64,000 bases of DNA from Minisyncoccota bacterium (lineage in GTDB: Bacteria > Patescibacteriota > Minisyncoccia > Phycocordibacterales > SBAW01), in NCBI GenBank assembly GCA_035546615.1, contig DASZWM010000005.1, forward strand, positions 32,001 to 96,000, written 5' to 3'. The notes beneath the pieces are model-generated. The model did not search any database, was not told where the DNA came from, and saw only the letters and a list, made by a program, of their open reading frames with translations. A program made the translations under genes and the position numbers. Positions 26,387-33,363 of the stretch are shown piece after piece. How positions within the stretch are numbered: the first letter of the stretch is position 1; every line of letters starts with the position of its first letter.

Positions 26387-26460
26387 GGTGGTCGTAGCTC
26401 AATCGGTAGAGCCCTGGTTTGTGGTACCAGTTGTTGTGGGTTCGAGTCCCATCGACCACC
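26387..26460 (+). tRNA. tRNA-His (anticodon GTG) with encoded G-1.
   Basis: G-1 followed by acceptor GTGGTCG/CGACCAC, discriminator C, D-arm GCTC-AATCGGTA-GAGC, anticodon loop TTGTGGT, T-arm GTGGG-TTCGAGT-CCCAT. Confidence 0.8.
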
Positions 26461-26464
26461 CAAG

Positions 26465-26998
26465 ATGGAGGAATTTAAAAAATCTAAGGAAGCCGCGACA
26501 AGGAGCCTCAACCTTGCCGGCACTTTGCAGAAGCTTTTTCGCCCTGTCCTGATTAAAGGCATGGAGGGCGAAAAAACAGAGGATCCGATAGCTCGAGTAA
26601 TAGCGGAAGCAGGCCCTAAAAACCTAAGCGATATAGAATCGTATCTTACAGCGCAGAGCATTGATGCCCTTGCTCCTCTTGAGCACGGCTATGGCTTTAG
26701 TGCCGTAGTGCTTGACGCAGGCGATCGGGTGGTGCGCTTAAGCAGACTGAAGCCTACGCATAAACCCGGTATTCCCCTTGTCCTCCAGCCTCTTGCGGAG
26801 GAAATAGTGGGAAAAATTTCTGTGCAGATCTTCAAAAAGCTTCAGACGGCGGGAATTACGGACGCCGATGTACAGAATGTTAAGGACCAATTGGGGATGG
26901 AAGGGTATAGGTGGGATGACGCCGGTACCGACAACCTTGGGCGGGACGAGAACGGCCAACTTTTTATACTCGACGGTTCGGTGCATACACTCGCATGA
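26465..26998 (+). CDS. Small hypothetical protein with a weak kinase-like C-terminal pattern.
   Basis: 177 aa. VVRLSR ... GYRWDDAGTDNLGRDENGQLFILDGS resembles the beta3 / catalytic-loop / DFG arrangement. Starts 5 nt after tRNA-His. GC content is moderately below the flanks. Confidence 0.3.
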   Translation: MEEFKKSKEAATRSLNLAGTLQKLFRPVLIKGMEGEKTEDPIARVIAEAGPKNLSDIESYLTAQSIDALAPLEHGYGFSAVVLDAGDRVVRLSRLKPTHKPGIPLVLQPLAEEIVGKISVQIFKKLQTAGITDADVQNVKDQLGMEGYRWDDAGTDNLGRDENGQLFILDGSVHTLA

Positions 26999-28194
26999 GC
27001 AATGCTCCCATAACCTTCGTTATCTTCGGCGCCACGGGCGATCTGGCTCAGCGCAAGATAGTGCCCGCGCTCTGCGCGCTGTACGCAAGCGGGGCGCTTC
27101 CTGAAGGCTCAGATATAGTCGCTTTTTCGCGCCGGCCGTGGGGCGACGCGGAGTATCGCTCCTTCATACAGCCCTCCCTCAAGGCTTTTCCGGAAGAAAA
27201 GGCGGTTAAATTCCTGGAGCGTATCCGCTATGTGCAAGGTACGTTCGGCGATCCCGCATCGTTCGCTGCATTGAAAGATGCATTACGCACGCAGAATATC
27301 TTCTTCCACCTCGCAGTCCAGCCTGAGTTTTACGAATCCATCGTGCATGGGCTGGGGGATGCGGGCTTGCAGGGCTCGCTCCTTATCGAGAAGCCGTTCG
27401 GCCACAACTACGCCTCCGCCGCATCGCTTGAGCGAGGTCTTGAGAAGTACTTTTCGCCCGAGCATATTTTCCGCGTCGATCATTACTTGGGGAAGGAAGG
27501 ACTCGAGGTGCTTCTGAATCGCCGCCGCACGGATGCCGATTTTGAAAAGTCACTAAGCAGCGAGCGCATCGCGTCCGTCGCGGTCCGCCTGCTTGAGACG
27601 TTCGACGTAGAGGGTAGGGGAGAGTTCTACGACGCGGCGGGCGCGCTTAAGGACGTGGGCCAAAATCATCTGCTTGAGATGCTCGCGACACTTCTTATGA
27701 ATATTCCGGAAGATGCTCGCGGCATTCCGCAGGCGCGCGCTGAAGCGATAGCGGGACTGGCCCCGAAGATGTCCGTTCAGGGGGCGGTGGCTGCCGTGCG
27801 CGGCCAATACGAGGGGTACCATGCCGATCCGGAAATTCCGGACGGCTCGCAAACGGAAACGTATTTTAAAGTCGAATTGCGCAGCGCAATTCCGCGCTGG
27901 CAGGATGTCCCGCTCGTGCTTGAAGCGGGGAAAGCCCTGCGCGAAAAGAAAAGCGATATCGAGATCTCATATAAGGACGGCTCGAAGCAGGTATTCGACA
28001 TGGATATCCCCGGCGCGCGCGACGCATACGAGCACATGATAGAAGCGGCACTGCGCGGCGACGCGACGCGCTTTGCCGGAAGCGAAGAAGTGTTCGCCGC
28101 GTGGAAGCTTATCGACCCGCTGCGGGAGCAGCTCCTGAAATTGCCGCTTCACAGGTACGACCGCGGCGGCGACGGCGCGGGGCGGTTTTTGTAA
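26995..28194 (+). CDS. zwf: Glucose-6-phosphate 1-dehydrogenase, short form (399 aa).
   Basis: FVIFGATGDLAQRKIVPAL (NADP-binding N-terminus), IEKPFG, RVDHYLGKE (G6PD signature), GQNHLLEM, RGQY, RWQDVPLVLEAGKAL. All are collinear with the E. coli Zwf motifs. Confidence 0.8.
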   Translation: MSNAPITFVIFGATGDLAQRKIVPALCALYASGALPEGSDIVAFSRRPWGDAEYRSFIQPSLKAFPEEKAVKFLERIRYVQGTFGDPASFAALKDALRTQNIFFHLAVQPEFYESIVHGLGDAGLQGSLLIEKPFGHNYASAASLERGLEKYFSPEHIFRVDHYLGKEGLEVLLNRRRTDADFEKSLSSERIASVAVRLLETFDVEGRGEFYDAAGALKDVGQNHLLEMLATLLMNIPEDARGIPQARAEAIAGLAPKMSVQGAVAAVRGQYEGYHADPEIPDGSQTETYFKVELRSAIPRWQDVPLVLEAGKALREKKSDIEISYKDGSKQVFDMDIPGARDAYEHMIEAALRGDATRFAGSEEVFAAWKLIDPLREQLLKLPLHRYDRGGDGAGRFL

Positions 28195-28211
28195 AGTGAT
28201 ACAATTGCCGC

Positions 28212-28619
28212 ATGCCTATGCTGCCGAAGCCCAAAACCAAGCTTGAAGAGATAGCGCTCGGCTTTACCAGCTGGGTAGGGTCCATCCAGTCGGTCGCGGT
28301 GCATACCGTCGCCTTCGTCGCGAGCTTCCTGGCGGTGGCGTTCGACCTCATTACCTTCGACCGGATGCTCCTCGTGCTCACCACCGTAGTGTCGCTTGAA
28401 GCAATTTATCTCGCCATATTCATACAGATGAGCCTCAACCTGACGCGCGAAAGCCTGGCGGAGGTTGAGCAGGACATAGACGAGATCCAGGAGGACGTGG
28501 GCGAAATTCAGGAGGATGTCGACGAGATACAGCAGGACGTCGATGAGATCCAGGAAGACGTTGACGAGATACAGGAGGAAATAGTAGAAGAGGAGGATGG
28601 AGAATCGGCGCATGCTTAA
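28212..28619 (+). CDS. DUF1003-family membrane protein with a DEIQ-repeat acidic tail.
   Basis: FD..LLVLTTVVSLEAIYLAIFIQMSLN fits the DUF1003 pattern. C-terminal repeats DIDEIQEDVGEIQEDVDEIQQDVDEIQEDVDEIQEE. Confidence 0.45.
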   Translation: MPMLPKPKTKLEEIALGFTSWVGSIQSVAVHTVAFVASFLAVAFDLITFDRMLLVLTTVVSLEAIYLAIFIQMSLNLTRESLAEVEQDIDEIQEDVGEIQEDVDEIQQDVDEIQEDVDEIQEEIVEEEDGESAHA

Positions 28620-29037
28620 GGAAAAGGTCGGCGGCTTTTTTTCGGAGTTCAGGAACTTCGCCGTCAAAGGCAACGCCTTCGACCTCGCGGTCGCGGTCGT
28701 CATCGGCAACGCCTTTACCGCCATCGTGAACTCGCTCGTGGGCGACATCATCACCCCCTTCCTCGGGCTCGTGACCGGGAATGTTGACTTCAAGAGCCTC
28801 TCGTATGCGGTCCGGCCCGACCTCGTCATAAAATACGGCGCGTTCATCCAGGCGATATTCAATTTCCTGCTCATTTCGCTGTCGATATTCGTCGTTTTCA
28901 AGCTGCTCTCGGTCGCGCGCAGAAAGGTCTTCCGCGAAGGGGAGAAGGCGGTGCCGGAGCACGAAAAGCCCGCTCAGGAGCGCCTCCTTGAGGAGATCCG
29001 CGACCTTTTGAAGGAAAAGAAGGAGGAAGTGGTATAG
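28612..29037 (+). CDS. mscL: Large-conductance mechanosensitive channel MscL.
   Basis: MLKEKVGGFFSEFRNFAVKGNAFDLAVAVVIGNAFTAIVNSLVGDIITP is the canonical MscL N-terminus and TM1. Confidence 0.85.
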   Translation: MLKEKVGGFFSEFRNFAVKGNAFDLAVAVVIGNAFTAIVNSLVGDIITPFLGLVTGNVDFKSLSYAVRPDLVIKYGAFIQAIFNFLLISLSIFVVFKLLSVARRKVFREGEKAVPEHEKPAQERLLEEIRDLLKEKKEEVV

Positions 29038-29044
29038 TTAGCGC

Positions 29045-29734
29045 ATGCCTGACATAAAAAAGTTCGAGCTTTCTCCCTCGATAGCCATACTCGTGTGCGG
29101 CGTGCTCATCGCCGGCTCGATTATTTTCGTGAATCTCCATCCCGGCCAGCCCGCGGTTGCCGCAGACCCGAATCAGCTTCCGGCGAATGCCAACGTGCCG
29201 GCGCCGAACGCCAACGACCACATCCGCGGCTCATTGAGCGCGCCCATTGTGCTGGTCGAGTATTCGGACTTCCAATGTCCGTATTGCCAGATGGTGCATC
29301 CGACGCTCAAGCGCCTTGTGGACGAATCCAACGGCAAGATAGCGTGGGTATACCGCGAGTATCCGCTCACGAGTCTCCACCCGCAGGCCCGCCCCGCAGC
29401 GCTCGCCGCCGAATGCATCGAGGAGCAGCTCGGCAATGACGGGTTCTGGAAGTTCGCCGACACCATATTCGCCGACCAGACCAAAATGAGCCCCGAGTAC
29501 TATGCCCAGCTTGCCGCGCAGTTCGGCGCGGACCCGGCGCAGTTCGCCTCGTGCGTCTCGAGCGAGAAATATGCGGGGAAGATAGCGTCGCAGTCGCTTG
29601 AGGCGCAAAGCAACGGCGGCAACGGCACGCCGTTCACGGTCATCGTGGGTGCAGGCGTGCAGGTGCCGGTGTCGGGCGCGCAGCCGTACGAGAACTTCAA
29701 GGCTGTAATAGACGCGATGCTCGCGCGTCAGTAA
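29045..29734 (+). CDS. DsbA-family thiol:disulfide oxidoreductase (secreted or membrane-anchored).
   Basis: N-terminal TM/signal segment, thioredoxin-fold CxxC motif FQCPYCQ, and a second Cys pair. Confidence 0.75.
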   Translation: MPDIKKFELSPSIAILVCGVLIAGSIIFVNLHPGQPAVAADPNQLPANANVPAPNANDHIRGSLSAPIVLVEYSDFQCPYCQMVHPTLKRLVDESNGKIAWVYREYPLTSLHPQARPAALAAECIEEQLGNDGFWKFADTIFADQTKMSPEYYAQLAAQFGADPAQFASCVSSEKYAGKIASQSLEAQSNGGNGTPFTVIVGAGVQVPVSGAQPYENFKAVIDAMLARQ

Positions 29735-29777
29735 CAGGATAGCTATTAGTTATTAATGTTTTTTATAATCACTACGT

Positions 29778-30620
29778 ATGAACGGCTTGTTTGAGGGTTC
29801 TCAGGGCGTGTGGCTTAGGCGCGCCATTATCGCGTCGGTAGCATTGCTTGCTTTGTTCCTGGCGGTCCAGGTCATCGCCGGCGTTAAGGAATGGCGCTAC
29901 ATAGGCGCTGGGCTTTCCGCCACCAACACCATTACCGTATCCGGCCACGGCGAGGCGCTCGCGGTGCCCGACATTGCAACGTTCTCGTTCTCGGTCGTCT
30001 CCGACAAGGCGACGGTCGCCGCCGCGCAGGAAGACGCGACTGCAAAGATCAACGCAATAACCGCGTATCTTAAGGATGCGGGCATCGACGAGAAGGATAT
30101 CCAGACCAGCGACTACTCGGTCTATCCGCAGTACGAATACCAGAACGCGGTATGTCCCACCGTCGCGCCGACCTATTCGGGAGCTTCGGCAAGCGCTATC
30201 TACTGCCCGTCCGGCAAGCAGGTGCTCAAGGGCTACGAGGTGCGCCAGACCACCGCTATCAAGGTGCGCGATACCGAGAAGGCGGGCGATCTCCTCTCCG
30301 GCGTAGGAACCAAGGGCGCCACCGAGGTTTCGGGCCTGACATTCACGTTCGACAAGCCCGATATGGTTCAGGATGAGGCCCGCGATAAGGCTATCCAGAA
30401 CGCGAAGGAGAAGGCGGATACGCTCGCGAAGTCCCTCGGCGTCCACCTGGTGCGCGTCGTCTCCTACAACGAGAACGGCAACTACTCGCCGATGTACGCC
30501 CGCGACGTGGCGTACGGCAGCGCAGGCCTCGCCAACGAAACCAAGGCTGCCGCTCCGGAGATCTCCATAGGCCAGAACAAGGTCACCTCGGATGTCGCGG
30601 TAACCTACGAGATTAGGTAA
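29778..30620 (+). CDS. SIMPL/DUF541-family periplasmic protein.
   Basis: N-terminal TM segment then ITVSGHGEALAVPDIATFSFSV... typical of the DUF541 (26 kDa periplasmic immunogenic protein) family. Confidence 0.6.
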   Translation: MNGLFEGSQGVWLRRAIIASVALLALFLAVQVIAGVKEWRYIGAGLSATNTITVSGHGEALAVPDIATFSFSVVSDKATVAAAQEDATAKINAITAYLKDAGIDEKDIQTSDYSVYPQYEYQNAVCPTVAPTYSGASASAIYCPSGKQVLKGYEVRQTTAIKVRDTEKAGDLLSGVGTKGATEVSGLTFTFDKPDMVQDEARDKAIQNAKEKADTLAKSLGVHLVRVVSYNENGNYSPMYARDVAYGSAGLANETKAAAPEISIGQNKVTSDVAVTYEIR

Positions 30621-30648
30621 GCCTATGCAGAGCTAGGTAAGCCTAGGG

Positions 30649-30676
30649 TTGACTCCAGCCTTAAATAGGGTAGTAT
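30649..30676 (+). promoter_or_regulatory. Sigma70-like promoter upstream of secE-nusG.
   Basis: TTGACT, a 16 nt spacer, then TAGTAT. Followed by a GC hairpin with a T-run at about 30693..30715. Confidence 0.45.
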
Positions 30677-30765
30677 AAGAAAAAGCCCCGGGAGGGGTTT
30701 TTTCTTAGGCAACCGTCTTGCCTGTCGGCAGACAGGGAAGACGGAAAGTTAAATAGAACTAAATT

Positions 30766-30936
30766 ATGCCCCAATACTTTAAAGACGTCCGCAGCGAGCT
30801 GAACCATGTAAGCTGGCCCACGCGCAGTCAGATAATCGCGTATACCGTCGTGGTCATTCTCGTGTCGCTCGGCACGTCCGTGTACCTCGGGCTTCTGGAC
30901 TACGTCTTCTCCGCGATTATCCGCAGCGTTGTTTAG
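30766..30936 (+). CDS. secE: Preprotein translocase subunit SecE (56 aa; below the ORF-track cutoff).
   Basis: Manual translation: MPQYFKDVRSELNHVSWPTRSQIIAYTVVVILVSLGTSVYLGLLDYVFSAIIRSVV. Single-TM SecE pattern, immediately upstream of nusG. Confidence 0.8.
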   Translation: MPQYFKDVRSELNHVSWPTRSQIIAYTVVVILVSLGTSVYLGLLDYVFSAIIRSVV

Positions 30937-30997
30937 TAATTAGCTACTTGGGTGTAGCCACTAGTCGCTATACCCCAAACCCTAACACCTAACTAAT

Positions 30998-31549
30998 ATG
31001 GCAAAACAAGATGCAAGCGTCGGAAGGGCATGGTACGCGATACACACGTACGCGGGCTACGAGAACGCGGTCGCGCGCAACCTGCGCCAGCGCATCGAGA
31101 GCCTCGGCCTCACCGATAAGATATTCCAGGTGGTCGTGCCGACCGAGCGCACGGTAAAGATAAAGGGCGGCAAGCGCGTGGAGGAAGAGGAGAAGGTGTA
31201 TCCGGGCTACGTGCTCGTCGAGATGACCGTGGACGACCAGTCATGGTACGTGGTGCGCAATACGCCCCGCGTGACCGGCTTCGTGGGCTCCGGCGTCAAT
31301 CCGGTCCCGCTCCAGCAGAAGGAAGTGGACGAGCTCTTGGGCCGCATGCAGGCGACCGAAGGCTCCATCAAGCACGCCATCGACCTTTCGGTGGGCGACT
31401 CGGTCGTCATCGTGGACGGTCCGTTCAAAGAGCTCGACGGCAAGGTGGGCGAGGTGGACGAGGCCCGCGGCAAGGTGAAGGTTCTCGTGCCGATGTTCGG
31501 CCGCGAGACGCCGGTGGAACTCGACTTCCTTCAAATTAAGCGTATATAG
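30998..31549 (+). CDS. nusG: Transcription termination/antitermination factor NusG.
   Basis: WYAIHTYAGYENAV ... (NGN domain) and C-terminal KOW (GDSVVIVDGPFKELDGKVGEVD). Confidence 0.9.
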   Translation: MAKQDASVGRAWYAIHTYAGYENAVARNLRQRIESLGLTDKIFQVVVPTERTVKIKGGKRVEEEEKVYPGYVLVEMTVDDQSWYVVRNTPRVTGFVGSGVNPVPLQQKEVDELLGRMQATEGSIKHAIDLSVGDSVVIVDGPFKELDGKVGEVDEARGKVKVLVPMFGRETPVELDFLQIKRI

Positions 31550-31589
31550 CCAAAAACAATAAACTAAGGTATTCTCTTAATCTCGATAT

Positions 31590-32012
31590 ATGGCAAAGAA
31601 AATCGTTAAAAAGATAAAGATCATCGCGAACGGCGGCGCCGCGGCGATGACCCCTGCCATGGGCCAGGTGCTCGGCCCGGCCGGCATCAACATCGGCGAA
31701 TTCATCAAGAAGTTCAACGACGCATCCAAGGAGATGCGCGGCGACATGGTACCGGCAGAGATCTCCGTCTACGAGGACCGCTCATACGATTTCATCCTCA
31801 AAACCCCGCCGGTATCGAGCCTCATCCTTAAGGCCCTCGGCAAGGAGAAGGGGAGCGGCAAGCCCAATACCCAGAAGGTAGGCGCGCTCACGAAGGCCCA
31901 GGTAAAGGAAATCGCAGAGAAGAAGATGCCCGACCTCAATGCCCACGACCTCGACCAGGCAATGAAGACCGTCGCCGGCTCCGCCCGGAGCATGGGCGTT
32001 GATATGAAGTAA
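31590..32012 (+). CDS. rplK: 50S ribosomal protein L11.
   Basis: KIIANGGAAAMTPAMGQVLGPAGINIGEFIKKFND ... canonical L11. Confidence 0.9.
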   Translation: MAKKIVKKIKIIANGGAAAMTPAMGQVLGPAGINIGEFIKKFNDASKEMRGDMVPAEISVYEDRSYDFILKTPPVSSLILKALGKEKGSGKPNTQKVGALTKAQVKEIAEKKMPDLNAHDLDQAMKTVAGSARSMGVDMK

Positions 32013-32093
32013 GATAATTGGTAACTTTCAACCCACCTTGCCTGTTTTCTTTAGGGAACAGGCATTTTTGGTTCTTCGACAAGGAGGCATATC

Positions 32094-32507
32094 ATGCTGG
32101 AAGAAGGGAAGACTTTTGTTACTTTTGCGCAGATCCATTTTTCTACTCAAGGAGGCGGTCAGCTCAATCTTGCGGAGATTGAGGAAAAATTCCGTGCCAT
32201 CCTCGCAGAAGAACCCTCTCGTTGGGAAGTGGAGTGGTTAAGGGCAGAAGACGCTACCGCAGGCGGCCTGCGCATGTCTTTCGCGCTTACAGATGCGGCG
32301 ATCCTCTACTTCGGTTGTCGTTCCGGTAGCGAGCGCGATATTTCCATCCAGGAAATATCATGTCTCATGGATTGGGTTGGGAGTATAACTAAGAAATTCT
32401 CCGAAGCCGAGTTCAAGTTTGGACTGCCGGTATTCGTGAGCGGTGGAGTCCAACTCAACAGCAGCACAGGCGCTTACGCAACTAAAGCTTTTTCTGCCAC
32501 CATATAG
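32094..32507 (+). CDS. Hypothetical protein.
   Basis: 137 aa, strong RBS AAGGAGG 7 nt upstream. Occupies the position where rplA normally follows rplK. Local GC content is reduced. Confidence 0.45.
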   Translation: MLEEGKTFVTFAQIHFSTQGGGQLNLAEIEEKFRAILAEEPSRWEVEWLRAEDATAGGLRMSFALTDAAILYFGCRSGSERDISIQEISCLMDWVGSITKKFSEAEFKFGLPVFVSGGVQLNSSTGAYATKAFSATI

Positions 32508-32616
32508 GGATCTAAGAAAAAGCCCGGCGCCAAAGGTGCCGGGTACTGCTTTTCATTTGGAACGGCAAGGAGTACTCTGGGCGTCAGAGATCCTTTCGGC
32601 TAGCACAGGAGTTCCC

Positions 32617-33321
32617 ATGAAGCCCAACGTCTCTCTTCCTACCTGGATTCAGGACTTGATGGTGACGTGGGTCCGGCCCCAAGTCACTCTCCGCAAAGTG
32701 GTGCGGTGGAGCAAATACCGCAAGCGCGGCACGCGCCGCCAAGACACGCTCCAGCACACGCTCTCGCTTCTCTTGTTCGCAACGTGGGCGTTCCCGCTTT
32801 TCAGGCCCCATGTGCGGTTCGACGAATCGCTGCTCTTCCGTACCCTTTTGCTCCACGACTTCGGGGAGGGGGAAACGCAGAAGGGCGACACCCTTTACAT
32901 CGACAAGACGCGCGGCGGCGACCTGGCGGAAACCGCGGCGTTCATGGAACGGTTCGGCATCGTTATCGGCCAGGAAGGCACTAAGGCCTTTCTTCTCCAG
33001 TTCGCGAAAAACGCGAACCAGATGGGCGAATTCAGAAGCATTCTGCAGGGGATTAAGAAGAAATACCCCGTCGAATGCCTGCTGTTCGACGCCCTGGAGC
33101 GCTTCGACTACTTTCTCTACGCTCTCGAGCAGTATCGGGAACTTGGGAAGGCGAAGATCCTGGTGCAGGTGTTGCGCCATCAGATACCGCACTTCGAGCG
33201 TCTGTCACGCGAGCTGCCCGGCTTCAAACAGGTGCTCTGGCGGCCCGACTTGGCCGGCTGGTGCTCGCTGTTCCTCAGCCGCTACGACGGTCAGTGGATC
33301 GAGCAGAAGGGCGAAAAGTGA
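32617..33321 (+). CDS. HD-domain phosphohydrolase, YfbR-like 5'-deoxynucleotidase (tentative).
   Basis: H..H.LS ... LLHDFGEGE matches the HD motif (H...HD..E) of YfbR-type 5'-nucleotidases. Start set at MKPNVSL with an AGGAG RBS. Confidence 0.55.
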   Translation: MKPNVSLPTWIQDLMVTWVRPQVTLRKVVRWSKYRKRGTRRQDTLQHTLSLLLFATWAFPLFRPHVRFDESLLFRTLLLHDFGEGETQKGDTLYIDKTRGGDLAETAAFMERFGIVIGQEGTKAFLLQFAKNANQMGEFRSILQGIKKKYPVECLLFDALERFDYFLYALEQYRELGKAKILVQVLRHQIPHFERLSRELPGFKQVLWRPDLAGWCSLFLSRYDGQWIEQKGEK

Positions 33322-33363
33322 ACCAATATCGCCCGTCCCGGAACCCGGGACGGGCGATATTTT

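Noticed and set aside
25320-26459. A 379 aa minus-strand ORF overlapping the DUF475/TerC gene.
   Set aside because: It is Arg/His/Glu-rich and antisense to a membrane-protein gene that has clear TM periodicity and family motifs.
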